From Cycloclasticus sp. symbiont of Poecilosclerida sp. M (GTDB lineage Bacteria > Pseudomonadota > Gammaproteobacteria > Methylococcales > Cycloclasticaceae), in assembly GCA_002101225.1 (NCBI GenBank), contig LWTN01000244.1, positions 22,584 to 86,583 of the forward strand: 64,000 nt of DNA, written 5' to 3'. The position numbers and the translations under genes were made by a program. Positions 16,342 to 27,453 of this stretch are shown piece after piece (the stretch's first letter is position 1; every line of letters begins with the position of its first letter). The notes under the pieces are model-generated. The model saw only the letters and a list, made by a program, of their open reading frames with translations. It was not told the origin of the DNA and did not search any database.

Positions 16342-17223
16342 ATGATAGGTTTTAAGATGATAAGAAGTATGACGGCCTTCGCGAGTTGTGAGGCAGAAGT
16401 GGACGGTTACACGCTGATTTGGGAGGTTCGTTCAGTAAACCATCGCTATCTCGATGTGTCACCACGGTTACCCGAAATATTCCGTGCTATCGAGCCGTTA
16501 GTGCGTGAAAGGACCGCTAAATATCTTAAGCGAGGCAAGGTCGATTGTAACCTTTTTTATAAAAAAGATAAAAAGGGTGAAGAAGCGATTGAAATAAATG
16601 AAGATAGATTAAGTCAGCTGTTAACTGCGGCCACTAAAATTGAAAGCAGTATGGATAAGTTTCAGGCTATTACAGCATTGGATGTTTTGCGTTGGCCAGG
16701 TATACAAGCTGAGGTTCGAGAAGACTTGGTGCTTGTTCATGAAAAGGCCATTGAGTTGCTTAACGACGCATTGGCTCAGCTTCTCAATGCTCGTGAACGT
16801 GAAGGAGCAGATATTGTTGAAATGATAGAAGCGCGTTGCATCATGATTGATGAGCAAATGGTGTTAGCAAAGAAGCGGCTTCCCGTTGTGCAGCTGCAAA
16901 TTCGTGAAAAATTACAAAAAAAGATTAGTGATTTACTCGAAGAGCCTGAGCAAGCGAGGCTGGAGCAGGAGTTAGTTTACTTCCTACAAAAAATGGACGT
17001 TGAAGAAGAATTGGACAGGTTGGAATCCCACGTCAAAGAAGTTCGGAGAATATTGGGGCAGCAAGAGCCTGTGGGGCGACGTTTAGATTTTTTGATGCAA
17101 GAGCTTAACAGAGAAGCAAACACCTTAGGTTCGAAATCTGCAGACATCCAAACGACAAATATATCAGTAGAATTAAAAGTTCTTATTGAACAAATGCGCG
17201 AGCAAATTCAAAACATTGAGTAA
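16342..17223 (+). CDS. yicC: YicC/YloC family endoribonuclease
   Basis: SMTAFA, RSVNHRYLD, GRRLDFLMQELNREANTLGSK, REQIQNIE; divergent from rph. Confidence 0.95.
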   Translation: MIGFKMIRSMTAFASCEAEVDGYTLIWEVRSVNHRYLDVSPRLPEIFRAIEPLVRERTAKYLKRGKVDCNLFYKKDKKGEEAIEINEDRLSQLLTAATKIESSMDKFQAITALDVLRWPGIQAEVREDLVLVHEKAIELLNDALAQLLNAREREGADIVEMIEARCIMIDEQMVLAKKRLPVVQLQIREKLQKKISDLLEEPEQARLEQELVYFLQKMDVEEELDRLESHVKEVRRILGQQEPVGRRLDFLMQELNREANTLGSKSADIQTTNISVELKVLIEQMREQIQNIE

Positions 17224-17297
17224 ATTAATTTAAAGCAAAATAAATGGCTACCTGTTGTAAGTTTGTATGAACAGGTGTTAGTGAAGAGGGCGAACAG

Positions 17298-18323
17298 TTG
17301 AGTTGGGAGATTTTAGTTCCATGTAGCTTTTTATTGTCTTGGGTGTTGGTGTATTTTTTACAAAGGCATGCTAAACGTTTCGGTTTGATTTCATCAGTAA
17401 ACGAGCGGTCTTCTCATATACAGCCGACACCGCATGGAGGTGGAGTTGGCTTTGTCATTAGTGGAAGTTTAATAGGATTTCTGTTCGCTATGGGCGGCTC
17501 ATCATTTTTATGGATTATCGTTACCTTGGCGTTATTGATAGCGACGATAGGGCTTTTTGACGACATTTATTCATCGCCTGCATTACTTCGGTTGTTGATC
17601 CAGATTGGCGTCAGCTTTTCTCTTATTTTGTCGCTAACTAACTTGCCGATTACAGGGCTTGTGGAAGGTGCGTTGTATTTTAAGTGGTTGTTTATTATGG
17701 CTTTAGTAATAGCGGCTGTTTGGTGGATAAATTTGTTTAACTTTATGGATGGGATAGATGGAATAGCCGCTATGCAAGCCGTGTTTATGTTGCTCTCAGG
17801 TTTAGGGTTATCATATTATGTGGAGCTTGCGAGTATCGACACACAAGAAAGCATTTGGTTGTTGTGTGTAGTTGGCGCGACGGTAGGTTTTGCCGTTCAT
17901 AATTGGCCCCCAGCAAGAATATTTATGGGAGATGTCGGTAGTACTTGGTTGGCTTTTGTTATTTTTTCGTTCGCGCTTTACAGTGTTGAAATGGGTTGGT
18001 TGAGTTATACGGTATGGCTAATATTGTCGGCATTATTTATAACGGATGCGACGGTAACATTGCTGCGCCGTATGGCACTGAAAATGAAATGGTATAAAGC
18101 ACATCGGAGCCGTATGTATCAGCGGTTAGCTAGACGATGGGGGAAGCACAGTAGCGTTGTTATTGCGTATTTGGCGATTAATGTGATTTGGTTGCTCCCG
18201 CTTGCGTCAATAAGCACTATAAACTCAGAATGGGCTCAAGTATGTTTGTTGGCGGCATATGTCCCATTAGTATCATTTGCAGTTGTGCTTGGGGCGGGGC
18301 GACAAGAGATGGGTGTTCAATAA
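17298..18323 (+). CDS. MraY/WecA-family (glycosyltransferase 4) polyprenyl-phosphate sugar-1-phosphate transferase, WbpL-like
   Basis: NERSSH..PTPHGGG, GLFDD, NLFNFMDGIDG, IFMGDVGS, AHRSRMYQ. Confidence 0.9.
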   Translation: MSWEILVPCSFLLSWVLVYFLQRHAKRFGLISSVNERSSHIQPTPHGGGVGFVISGSLIGFLFAMGGSSFLWIIVTLALLIATIGLFDDIYSSPALLRLLIQIGVSFSLILSLTNLPITGLVEGALYFKWLFIMALVIAAVWWINLFNFMDGIDGIAAMQAVFMLLSGLGLSYYVELASIDTQESIWLLCVVGATVGFAVHNWPPARIFMGDVGSTWLAFVIFSFALYSVEMGWLSYTVWLILSALFITDATVTLLRRMALKMKWYKAHRSRMYQRLARRWGKHSSVVIAYLAINVIWLLPLASISTINSEWAQVCLLAAYVPLVSFAVVLGAGRQEMGVQ

Positions 18324-18407
18324 GATGAACTTGGTTAGAGGCTTAAAATAGGCGCAGTACTGCTTCGTGAGCAGATAAATCAAATACTATGAAAAAGAAA
18401 TATTTTA

Positions 18408-19031
18408 ATGACTAAAAAGGGAATGCTCATTATCGTTTCTGCGCCATCTGGCGCAGGTAAGACGAGCTTAATTAAAACTTTGTTAAAACAGCTTTCGGGC
18501 GTTGTGGTTTCTGTTTCTCATACGACTAGACCCCAACGTCCAGACGAACAAGCTGGAAATGATTATCACTTTGTAGACCATAGTGTTTTTCAAAGCATGA
18601 TTGATAGCGGGGGGTTTCTTGAATATGCAGAAGTGTTTGGCAATTTTTACGGAACGGCGCGCGAGTCTGTTGAGAAAGAGTTAGAGCAAGGGGGCGATGT
18701 TATTTTGGAAATTGATTGGCAAGGTGCGCAGCAAGTTAGATTAATTATGCAGAATACACGGTCGATATTTATTTTACCTCCTTCCAAAAAAGCCCTTGAA
18801 GAGCGACTGCGCAAAAGGGCGCAAGATAGCGATGAAGTTATTAAAAAGCGGATGCAACAAGCAGTTGAAGAAATGTCACATTTTGATGAATACGATTGTG
18901 TGCTGATTAATGATGATTTTGATGAGGCTCTTGCGCAATTTGCAGAGTTGATTGCTTTAAAGGCCTCATCCGTACAAGATTTGAAGAAGGACGCGGCTCA
19001 AAAAGCACTAATTCAACAGCTTTTGAACTAG
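18408..19031 (+). CDS. gmk: Guanylate kinase
   Basis: [26 protein letters not shown]. Confidence 0.97.
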   Translation: MTKKGMLIIVSAPSGAGKTSLIKTLLKQLSGVVVSVSHTTRPQRPDEQAGNDYHFVDHSVFQSMIDSGGFLEYAEVFGNFYGTARESVEKELEQGGDVILEIDWQGAQQVRLIMQNTRSIFILPPSKKALEERLRKRAQDSDEVIKKRMQQAVEEMSHFDEYDCVLINDDFDEALAQFAELIALKASSVQDLKKDAAQKALIQQLLN

Positions 19032-19142
19032 ATTCTAGTTGTTTCATCAACGCGCTGATTAGTCAGTTAGTTTAAGCACTTAATTTATCAAAAGATTTGT
19101 GGTATATTCGCCGCTTATTTTTTTGAATTTCAAGGGGTTTTC

Positions 19143-19418
19143 ATGGCACGCGTAACGATTTCTGATTGTTTAGAGCACGTAGATAATAGATTTGATTTGG
19201 TCTTATTAGCAGCAAGGCGTGCGCGTCAGCTAATGGATGGGGCTGAAGAAAGTATTGATTCAAGAAATGATAAGCCAACGGTTGTAGCCCTGCGTGAAAT
19301 TGCTGCGGGGAATATATCAACAGAGCTTTTAGATGCAATTGATAATCCACCCATAGAAGAATTATTTGTTGATGATTTGGACGAAGAAGAACAAGTAAAT
19401 TCAGCGGTTGCAGAATAA
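19143..19418 (+). CDS. rpoZ: RNA polymerase omega subunit
   Basis: MARVTISDC...NRFDLVL...[11 protein letters not shown]. Confidence 0.97.
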   Translation: MARVTISDCLEHVDNRFDLVLLAARRARQLMDGAEESIDSRNDKPTVVALREIAAGNISTELLDAIDNPPIEELFVDDLDEEEQVNSAVAE

Positions 19419-19482
19419 GACGATTTAAATTTACTTTATGGCTGGCCTTAGCTAGTCGAAATAGAAGCTTTAGTGATAGACT

Positions 19483-19517
19483 AAAATGCCCTTGACGTTG
19501 TCAAAGGCATTTTTTTT
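19483..19517 (+). terminator. Intrinsic-terminator-like hairpin between rpoZ and spoT
   Basis: AAAATGCCcTTGAC-GTT-GTCAAaGGCATTTT followed by a T run. Confidence 0.7.
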
Positions 19518-19533
19518 GCATTAAAGAGTTGAG

Positions 19534-21699
19534 ATGACAGCTAGCAATCGTACACAAGAAAAATTGCCACAAGACGAGTTGATTGACGACTTGTCAAAAG
19601 CTATCAGTGAATACCTTGATAAAGATCAAGTAAAACAGGTGGTGGATGCCTACCATTATGCTGGAAAAGCGCATGCAGGACAGTTTCGTTTAAGTGGTGA
19701 AGATTACATTTGCCACCCAGTTTCTGTCGCCATTATTTTGTCGAAAATGAAGATGGATGCCGACTGCATAATGGCGGCTATTTTGCATGATGTTTTAGAA
19801 GACACAGATTCCACTTTTGAAGACTTGGCCCAGCATTTTAATGGAAGCGTCGCAAGCTTGGTTGAAGCGGTCAGTAAGCTGACTAAAATCGACTTTAAAA
19901 CGCGTGAGCACGCTCAGGCTGAGAGCATGCGTAAAATGTTTCTCGCAATGACAAAAGACTTGCGTGTCATTATTATTAAGCTAGCCGACCGGCTGCACAA
20001 TATGCGAACGATTGGCGTAATGAAGCCCGCAAGTCAGCGTCGTATAGCACGAGAAACGCTAGAGTTGTATGCGCCCATTGCGAACCGTTTAGGTATGCAC
20101 GACTTTCGTTTAGAGTTGGAAGATTTAAGTTTTAAGGCGAGGTTCCCGAGACGCAGAGAGATTATTGAAAAAAGAATAAAGTCTGAAAGGGGGAATCGCA
20201 AAGAAGTTTTGGACAAAATTGAGCAAGAATTGAAAGTGTGCTCAGAGAAAGCAGGTTTTTCTTGTGAGATCAAAGGGAGAGAGAAAAACTTATACAGTAT
20301 TTATCGAAAAATGTATCGCCAACGAATTTCATTTAGTGAAGTATTCGACGTATATGCTTTTCGAATTATCGTTGGTACGGTGGCGCAGTGCTATCAAGCA
20401 TTGGGCCTATTACATAATCTCTATAGGCCTGTCCCTGGAAAATTCAAGGATTATATTGCCTTACCTAAATCTAATGGTTACCAATCTTTGCATACGGTCT
20501 TGCTGGCACCGTTTGGTGTCCCCGTCGAGATGCAAATAAGAACAATTGAAATGGATGGGGTGGCGGAATCTGGAATTGCTGCGCACTGGCTTTATAAGAC
20601 CGATGGAATCAGCCATACGATGAAAGCGCAAGCCGATGAGTGGCTACGAAACCTGCTTGAAACGCAAAAAAACAAAGATGATGGGTATGAATTTGTCGAT
20701 GATTTAAAAGTAGATTTATTTCCACAAGAGTTATATGTATTTACACCGAAGGGGCGTATTGTCAAATTACCACAGGGAGCAACAACGGTTGATTTTGCGT
20801 TTTCTGTACATACGGACGTGGGCATGACGTGTGCTGGAGCGAAGGTAAACCGCCGTATGGAGCCTTTGCATACGGCATTAAGAAATGGACAAACGGTTGA
20901 AATCATCACCAGTGACTTTGCAGTTTGCAATCCAAGTTGGTTGAATTTTGTTGTAACCAATAAGGCGCGTAATGCGATAAGAAACTACTTAAAAGAATTG
21001 AAAGAGGGTGATGCTATTTCTTTGGGTGGCCAGCTATTAAATGCCGAATTAAAAGAATTAAGAACAAATCATAAAAAATTACCAGCGGACGAAATAAAAA
21101 AATTCTTAGACGAACAACAATTGGCTTCAATGGACGCATTATTAATAGATATAGGCTTTGGTAACCGCTTACCTATCCTAGTAGCGCAACAGTTAACCAG
21201 CCCAGGTGATGAAGAGGAGATGGCTTCGGGTTTGAGCAAAAAAAACGTCTCTCGAACGGCTTTGAAAGTTCATGGCGCAGATGGCATGTTAACGGACCTT
21301 GCCAGTTGCTGCCGCCCTGTACCTGGCGACAAAATCGTCGGGCTTTTTAGCCCAGGCCGTGGTGTGGTTGTTCATCGCTTGCATTGCAAAAATATTCGAG
21401 GCAATAAACACAAACATAAAGGCTGGGTGAATGTAGAGTGGGGCGATAGTATAGAAGGCGAGTTTAGTTGTGATTTGCAGCTCGAACTTATTGATGAACG
21501 GGGCGTGTTGGCGCAAATTGCATCGATGTTATCGTCATACGGCTGCAATATCGAAAACATTAATATGCGGTCAAATGTGGAGGGTTCACCCACAGATATT
21601 TTTACCATCACAGTTCGTAACAGGAAGCACCTCGCTCGAGTGATGAGGAGGTTGCGAACATTACCGTCAATTCAGAAAATCACCCGAGTTAGAAATTAA
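19534..21699 (+). CDS. spoT: Bifunctional (p)ppGpp synthetase/hydrolase SpoT
   Basis: HDVLED hydrolase motif, KLADRLHNMRT, NGYQSLHT, TGS and ACT domains; gmk-rpoZ-spoT synteny. Confidence 0.96.
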   Translation: MTASNRTQEKLPQDELIDDLSKAISEYLDKDQVKQVVDAYHYAGKAHAGQFRLSGEDYICHPVSVAIILSKMKMDADCIMAAILHDVLEDTDSTFEDLAQHFNGSVASLVEAVSKLTKIDFKTREHAQAESMRKMFLAMTKDLRVIIIKLADRLHNMRTIGVMKPASQRRIARETLELYAPIANRLGMHDFRLELEDLSFKARFPRRREIIEKRIKSERGNRKEVLDKIEQELKVCSEKAGFSCEIKGREKNLYSIYRKMYRQRISFSEVFDVYAFRIIVGTVAQCYQALGLLHNLYRPVPGKFKDYIALPKSNGYQSLHTVLLAPFGVPVEMQIRTIEMDGVAESGIAAHWLYKTDGISHTMKAQADEWLRNLLETQKNKDDGYEFVDDLKVDLFPQELYVFTPKGRIVKLPQGATTVDFAFSVHTDVGMTCAGAKVNRRMEPLHTALRNGQTVEIITSDFAVCNPSWLNFVVTNKARNAIRNYLKELKEGDAISLGGQLLNAELKELRTNHKKLPADEIKKFLDEQQLASMDALLIDIGFGNRLPILVAQQLTSPGDEEEMASGLSKKNVSRTALKVHGADGMLTDLASCCRPVPGDKIVGLFSPGRGVVVHRLHCKNIRGNKHKHKGWVNVEWGDSIEGEFSCDLQLELIDERGVLAQIASMLSSYGCNIENINMRSNVEGSPTDIFTITVRNRKHLARVMRRLRTLPSIQKITRVRN

Positions 21700-21726
21700 A
21701 TCCAAAAGCGCCAAGGGTAAAAAAAT

Positions 21727-22116
21727 ATGCAAAAAACAATTATACATACCGATCAAGCGCCCCAGGCAGTGGGCACCTATTCTCAAGCTGTATGCGTAGA
21801 TAACACGGTTTACTTGTCGGGACAAATCCCGCTTGTGCCAGAAAGTATGTTGATAGTTGAGGGTGGGATTGAAGAACAAATACACCAAGTATTTAAGAAC
21901 CTTAAGGCAGTCTGCATCGCCGCAGGGGGCGATTTATCCGATATCGTTAAATTAAATATTTTTTTGACAAGCATGCAAGACTTCCCAGTTGTTAATGAAA
22001 TTATGCCAACCTATTTTCAGCAGCCTTATCCAGCTCGTGCTGCGATTGGTGTTGCGGCATTACCCAAAGAATCCAGCGTAGAAATGGATGCTGTGATGGT
22101 GTTTAAAAGTAATTAA
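21727..22116 (+). CDS. ridA: RidA/YjgF family enamine deaminase
   Basis: [27 protein letters not shown]. Confidence 0.92.
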   Translation: MQKTIIHTDQAPQAVGTYSQAVCVDNTVYLSGQIPLVPESMLIVEGGIEEQIHQVFKNLKAVCIAAGGDLSDIVKLNIFLTSMQDFPVVNEIMPTYFQQPYPARAAIGVAALPKESSVEMDAVMVFKSN

Positions 22117-22152
22117 TTAGACTGCCGCATTTAGTTACTGCATTAATTCCAT

Positions 22153-24237
22153 ATGCCGCAAACGGACTTTTTAGATGAGCGACCGGTAACGCAGTTAAAA
22201 GGAGTCGGCGCGAAGGTTGCCGAGAAATTACAGCGACTGGGTATACATACTATTTCGGATGTTTTATTTCACTTGCCGTATCGCTATGAAGATCGCAGCA
22301 AAGTTGTCGCAATCGGTAGCCTTGAGCGGGGAGGTTCTGCGGTGTTCGAGGGCCGTGTTGAGTTAAGTGAGGTGACTTTTCGAGGGCGTAGAACATTGTT
22401 GGTCAGGCTCAGCGATGATACGGGCTTTGTTACACTCAGGTTTTTCCATTTTTCATTAAGCCAAAAAGAAGCGCTACAACGCGGCCAGTGGCTAAGGTGT
22501 TTTGGTGAGGCGCGAGCGTTAAGGAAAGCGCGAGGACTCGAAATAATCCACCCCGAATACCAGCTGATTGACGAACAAGATCGAGGAAAAATTAATCACG
22601 GTGTGCTTCCTGTATACCCTGTAACAGAGGGGTTGCGTCAGGCATCGTTAAGAAAACTAGCGAAACAAGCAATAAGCTTGGCAAATGAGGGTGGGCAACT
22701 ATTGGAGTGCCTTCCGTCATCGGTGTTGCGAGAAAATGATTGGCCGAGCTTAAATAATTGTTTAATGAAACTGCACCAACCGGGCAAAATGCCTGCAACG
22801 GGTTTGCTAGATCAGTTTGCCTTTAAGCGTTTAGTATTTGAGGAGCTGTTGGCGAACCACTTGAGCTTGAGTCGCCTAAAAAAGGTAACGCAACAGCACC
22901 CTGCGCCTGTGTTTGATAAAGGGGAGCGGCTACAACAAGATTTTTTACGCTCTCTAGGCTTCTCATTAACGGCGGCTCAACAACGGGTGATCGCTGAGAT
23001 TAGGCAAGACGTGCAACGCAACGCCCCTATGCAGCGGTTACTGCAAGGGGATGTGGGTTCGGGTAAAACGGTTGTTGCAGCCTGTGCAGCCTTGTACGCA
23101 GTTTCATCCGGCTATCAAGTAGCGCTGATGGCACCAACTGAGCTGTTAGCAGAGCAGCACTTCAAAGTATTTTCTGATTGGTTGCAACCACTTGGGGTTT
23201 ACGTCGCGTGGCTAGTCGGTAAGCATAAAGGAAAAACATACCAATCTATTACAAATCAAATAAGTAAGGGTCAGGCGAATGTAATCATCGGTACGCAGGC
23301 ATTATTTCAAGATAAGGTGAGCTTTGCGAAGCTAGGCCTTGTGATTATCGACGAACAACACCGCTTTGGGGTGCAGCAACGCATCGCTTTAAGGGATAAA
23401 GCCGATAGCGCACAAATGCCGCATCAGCTGGTGATGACGGCAACGCCCATACCCAGAACGCTCGCTATGTTGGGTTACGCCGACTTGGACTTATCCATTA
23501 TTGACGAGCTCCCCCCGGGTCGAACAGCTGTCACCACGTCAGTGGTATCAGTTGTGAAACGAGACAATGTTATTAGTCGGATAGAACAGGGGGTGAAGAA
23601 TGGACGGCAGGTGTACTGGGTGTGTACCTTAATCGAGGAATCTGAGGTATTACAGTGCCAAGCTGCCGAGGATGCAGCGAAATTACTGCAACAAAGTATG
23701 CCGAATGCGCGTGTTGGGTTGATTCATGGCCGTTTAAGCGCGGACGAGAAACAAAAGATGATGACTGACTTCAAGCAAAATAAGCTAGACGTACTCGTGG
23801 CGACGACGGTCATCGAAGTGGGTGTGGACGTACCGAATGCGAGTCTTATGGTCATAGAGAATGCCGAACGGTTAGGACTTGCCCAATTACACCAGCTACG
23901 AGGGCGTGTCGGTCGTGGAGTTAAAGAAAGTCATTGCGTTTTGCTCTATCAACCGCCTTTATCTAAAAATGCGAATGAACGCTTGTCTGTTCTTAGGCAA
24001 ACGACAGATGGATTTAAGATTGCTGAGGAAGATATGAAATTACGTGGGCCGGGTGAGTTGTTAGGTAAACGGCAGGCGGGCTTCTTGCGCTTTAAAATAG
24101 CTGATATGACGCGTGATGCCAAAATGTTGCCTGCAGTTGAGCTAGCCGCAGAACAAATTTTGCAAGAATCTCCAGAAGTAGTTGAGGTATTGGCTCGTCG
24201 TTGGCTGAGCAATTTAGTAGACTACGCACTGGTTTAA
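22153..24237 (+). CDS. recG: ATP-dependent DNA helicase RecG
   Basis: QGDVGSGKT, DEQH, MTATPIPRT, QLRGRVGRG. Confidence 0.97.
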   Translation: MPQTDFLDERPVTQLKGVGAKVAEKLQRLGIHTISDVLFHLPYRYEDRSKVVAIGSLERGGSAVFEGRVELSEVTFRGRRTLLVRLSDDTGFVTLRFFHFSLSQKEALQRGQWLRCFGEARALRKARGLEIIHPEYQLIDEQDRGKINHGVLPVYPVTEGLRQASLRKLAKQAISLANEGGQLLECLPSSVLRENDWPSLNNCLMKLHQPGKMPATGLLDQFAFKRLVFEELLANHLSLSRLKKVTQQHPAPVFDKGERLQQDFLRSLGFSLTAAQQRVIAEIRQDVQRNAPMQRLLQGDVGSGKTVVAACAALYAVSSGYQVALMAPTELLAEQHFKVFSDWLQPLGVYVAWLVGKHKGKTYQSITNQISKGQANVIIGTQALFQDKVSFAKLGLVIIDEQHRFGVQQRIALRDKADSAQMPHQLVMTATPIPRTLAMLGYADLDLSIIDELPPGRTAVTTSVVSVVKRDNVISRIEQGVKNGRQVYWVCTLIEESEVLQCQAAEDAAKLLQQSMPNARVGLIHGRLSADEKQKMMTDFKQNKLDVLVATTVIEVGVDVPNASLMVIENAERLGLAQLHQLRGRVGRGVKESHCVLLYQPPLSKNANERLSVLRQTTDGFKIAEEDMKLRGPGELLGKRQAGFLRFKIADMTRDAKMLPAVELAAEQILQESPEVVEVLARRWLSNLVDYALV

Positions 24238-24253
24238 TGGTCGTGCAACAGCG

Positions 24254-24811
24254 TTGAAAAAAATAAACAAATTTCTTAGTAAAGAGCCTGCTTGGCGACC
24301 GGTTGAAGAGTGGTCGCCAGATGAATTGCCGCCTAGTGTAAAAGATTGGCTGTCAGAATCGGGCTCGCTCACGCGCCGGATTAAAAATAACTTTGCAGGT
24401 GAGTTTGGTGTGCAGCTTCAAGAGCAAGGTCACGGTCAAGCTCTACCAGACGATGCAAAGCAATTAATGATTGGACCGCAGGGTGAGGCGTTTATTAGAG
24501 AAGTGGTTTTAACCGTAGCCGGAAACCCAGTGGTATTTGCGCGGACGACGGTACCCAACGCTTCATTGCAGACCTTAGATAAATTGACAAAACTGGGTAA
24601 TATTCCCTTAGGTGAAGTTATTTTTAGCTACCCAGATTTGCAACGGCCACACTTACAGGTAGCTAAAATATTGATTCAAGACTTGTCAGAACACACAGCA
24701 AAAATGCTGGGTGGTGACGAGCACGTTTGGGCGCGCAGAAATACGTATAAGATAGAAGGCTGTTTATTTTTAGTCAGTGAGTTTTTTCTACCCATTATGT
24801 TTGAAGCATGA
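24254..24811 (+). CDS. ubiC: Chorismate pyruvate-lyase
   Basis: [27 protein letters not shown]; upstream of ubiA. Confidence 0.9.
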   Translation: MKKINKFLSKEPAWRPVEEWSPDELPPSVKDWLSESGSLTRRIKNNFAGEFGVQLQEQGHGQALPDDAKQLMIGPQGEAFIREVVLTVAGNPVVFARTTVPNASLQTLDKLTKLGNIPLGEVIFSYPDLQRPHLQVAKILIQDLSEHTAKMLGGDEHVWARRNTYKIEGCLFLVSEFFLPIMFEA

Positions 24812-25680
24812 AGCTATTATTAAAAAAAGAGAATCTAGAAAATTACTGGCTGCTGATGCGTTTCAATCGCCCCATTGGTGTTTTCTTATTGCTATGGCCC
24901 ACGTATTGGGCGTTGTTAATCGCGGGCGAAGGCCGGCCTGATATTTTGGTGTGCGTTGTGTTTACCTTAGGTGTGATTTTAATGCGCGCTGCAGGTTGTG
25001 TCATTAATGATTATGCAGACCGAAAAGTAGACCCGCTGGTTAAGAGAACGAAAGACCGACCCATAGCAAACGGCTCGGTGCACCCACATGAAGCGTTACA
25101 GCTGTTTTTTGTATTGATTGTTGCCGCTTTTTTATTGGTCTTGTTGATGAATAGCCTAACGATTTGGTTGGCATTGGCCGCGGTCTTTCTAGCCGCGCTT
25201 TACCCTTTTATGAAGCGTTACACCCATCTGCCACAGGTGTTCTTAGGTTTGGCATTTGGTATGTCAGTACCCATGGCGTTTGCCGCACAAACAGGCAGCC
25301 TGTCTCCTGTAGCAGGCTTGCTTTTTGTTGCAACGGCTATTTGGGCGGTGGTTTACGACACGATGTACGCCATGGTTGATCGCGAGGACGATATAAAAAT
25401 TGGCGTTAAATCCACGGCTATTTTATTTGCCGAAGCCGATAAGATTTGGATTGGAATATTTCAAGGCCTATTGTTTTTTACTTTTTACCTGATAGGGCAA
25501 AAAGCAGAATTAGCTGGCTTTTACATAATCTCCTTGTTGGTCGCGCTAGGGCTGTCAATTTACCAGCAGTATCTGATAAGAAATCGTGAGCCACAAAAGT
25601 GTTTGGCGGCATTCTTAAATAATAATTACTTGGGTATGGCTATATTTATAGGAATTCTTGCTGACTATATAAGCGGCTAG
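24808..25680 (+). CDS. ubiA: 4-hydroxybenzoate polyprenyltransferase
   Basis: [22 protein letters not shown]. Confidence 0.96.
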   Translation: MKLLLKKENLENYWLLMRFNRPIGVFLLLWPTYWALLIAGEGRPDILVCVVFTLGVILMRAAGCVINDYADRKVDPLVKRTKDRPIANGSVHPHEALQLFFVLIVAAFLLVLLMNSLTIWLALAAVFLAALYPFMKRYTHLPQVFLGLAFGMSVPMAFAAQTGSLSPVAGLLFVATAIWAVVYDTMYAMVDREDDIKIGVKSTAILFAEADKIWIGIFQGLLFFTFYLIGQKAELAGFYIISLLVALGLSIYQQYLIRNREPQKCLAAFLNNNYLGMAIFIGILADYISG

Positions 25681-26369
25681 GCGCGGGCAAAAGCCCAAAT
25701 TTCAACGCGTTTTACCCCCGCTTTTTTTAAAGTTTTTGCAATTTCATTGGCCGTTGAGCCGGTCGTCACAACGTCGTCAATCACGGCAACAAAGTCTAAC
25801 GGTTTGTCCAGTGTGAAACTAAAGGCTTTATTGAGGTTTTTTTTGCGCTCGTGTGCCTTTAAATGGGTTTGACTTGTTGTGTTAATGGTTCTTTTGCAGG
25901 CGTTATGAAGTAACGGAATATTTAATTCACGCTGCAAATAATGCGCAATTTTTTCAGACTGATTAAAACCGCGTTCGCGGTGCCGAATCGGGTGTAATGG
26001 AACGGCAATTAGAGCTGACGGCATGAGTGCTTGGTTTTTCATGCGTGCTGCGATGAGCAGCCCGATGGTTCTAGCGCAGCTATATTTAGCGTTGAATTTA
26101 AGCGATTGGATTAAAAAACGCGGCAGCCCCTGATAGGCGTATAGGCCAACGGCTTTGTCGAAATGGGGTGGGTTTTTTAAACACTTGCCGCACGTGCCGT
26201 TAATGTTTTTAGGTAAAGGCGCGTCGCACGAGTCGCAGCTGTTTTTATTTTCAATAAAATCACCCAAGCATGCGCCACACAAATCTAATCTATTGTGCCC
26301 GGCTGCATTGCAGCTGAAGCAGGTATAGGGGTAGAAAATTAATTGTATAAAATTTAACCAGTTGTTCAT
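25677..26369 (-). CDS. comF: ComF family (PRTase-like) protein
   Basis: N-terminal Cys zinc-finger pattern, [18 protein letters not shown]; divergent from bioB. Confidence 0.9.
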   Translation of the reverse strand: MNNWLNFIQLIFYPYTCFSCNAAGHNRLDLCGACLGDFIENKNSCDSCDAPLPKNINGTCGKCLKNPPHFDKAVGLYAYQGLPRFLIQSLKFNAKYSCARTIGLLIAARMKNQALMPSALIAVPLHPIRHRERGFNQSEKIAHYLQRELNIPLLHNACKRTINTTSQTHLKAHERKKNLNKAFSFTLDKPLDFVAVIDDVVTTGSTANEIAKTLKKAGVKRVEIWAFARA

Positions 26370-26386
26370 ATTTTATGTAAATAAAA

Positions 26387-26414
26387 TTGACAATCAAAGT
26401 GCCTAATGTACCAT
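26387..26414 (+). promoter_or_regulatory. Candidate sigma70 promoter of the bio operon (TTGACA-N16-TACCAT)
   Basis: Perfect -35 hexamer with a plausible -10, 31 nt upstream of the bioB ATG. Confidence 0.45.
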
Positions 26415-26445
26415 TCGCACTAATTAAAATGAGTGAGTTACAAAC

Positions 26446-27441
26446 ATGAGCACAACGCCTGAAGCGCTAACAACGAAAAAACATATACCGCAAAATATTG
26501 TTAACCCATCTCGTGAATTACAAGAGATTCAAGCATTGTTTGCGATGTCTTTCAATGATTTGCTTTTTAAAGCACAAACTGTACACCGTGAACACTTTGA
26601 TCCAAATGCGGTTCAGGTAAGTACGTTATTGAGTATTAAAACCGGTTCGTGCCCAGAAGATTGTGCTTATTGTCCACAAAGTGTTCGATATGACACGGGC
26701 TTAGATAAAGAGGCGTTGATGGAATTGGATGCCGTTGTAGAAGCGGCAAAAGAAGCCAAGGAAAGTGGCGCAACGCGTTTTTGCATGGGCGCTGCATGGC
26801 GTAGCCCGAAAGATCGTGATTTAAATAAAGTGACGCGTATGGTTGAGGAAGTTAAATCACTCGGCTTAGAAACCTGCGTGACTTTAGGGATGTTAGAAAA
26901 AGGCCAAGCAAAGCGGTTAAAAGACGCAGGGCTGGATTACTACAACCATAACTTGGATACTTCTGAGGAGTATTACAGCGAGATTATTACCACGCGGACC
27001 TATCAAGATAGATTAGACACCATTGACCACGTGCGCGATGCAGGCATCAGCGTGTGTTGTGGTGGTATTGTTGGTATGGGCGAAGGGGAAGAGGATCGTG
27101 CAAAAATGTTGCAGTCATTAGCTAATTTGGATCCGCAGCCAGAAAGCGTGCCGATTAACCAGTTGGTGCAAGTTGAGGGAACACCGTTAGATAGCGTTGA
27201 TTCCATAGATTCGATTGAATTTGTTAGAACCATCGCGGTAGCGCGTATCTTGATGCCAAAATCGTACGTGCGGCTTTCTGCAGGGCGAACTGAAATGAGC
27301 GATGAAATGCAGGCCTTGTGTTTCTTTGCTGGAGCTAACTCAATTTTTTATGGTGAAAAATTACTCACGACAGAAAACCCAGAGGAAAATGCCGATCAAA
27401 AGCTATTCGACCGTTTAGGCCTTCATCCTGAAACAGCTTAA
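26446..27441 (+). CDS. bioB: Biotin synthase
   Basis: [25 protein letters not shown]. Confidence 0.97.
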   Translation: MSTTPEALTTKKHIPQNIVNPSRELQEIQALFAMSFNDLLFKAQTVHREHFDPNAVQVSTLLSIKTGSCPEDCAYCPQSVRYDTGLDKEALMELDAVVEAAKEAKESGATRFCMGAAWRSPKDRDLNKVTRMVEEVKSLGLETCVTLGMLEKGQAKRLKDAGLDYYNHNLDTSEEYYSEIITTRTYQDRLDTIDHVRDAGISVCCGGIVGMGEGEEDRAKMLQSLANLDPQPESVPINQLVQVEGTPLDSVDSIDSIEFVRTIAVARILMPKSYVRLSAGRTEMSDEMQALCFFAGANSIFYGEKLLTTENPEENADQKLFDRLGLHPETA

Positions 27442-27453
27442 GGTGTTTTTCAT

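Noticed and set aside
17190-18407. Integrated genomic island at the yicC 3' end
   Set aside because: No integrase, no direct repeat of the yicC terminus and only one cargo-like gene. Kept only as a low-interest synteny break.
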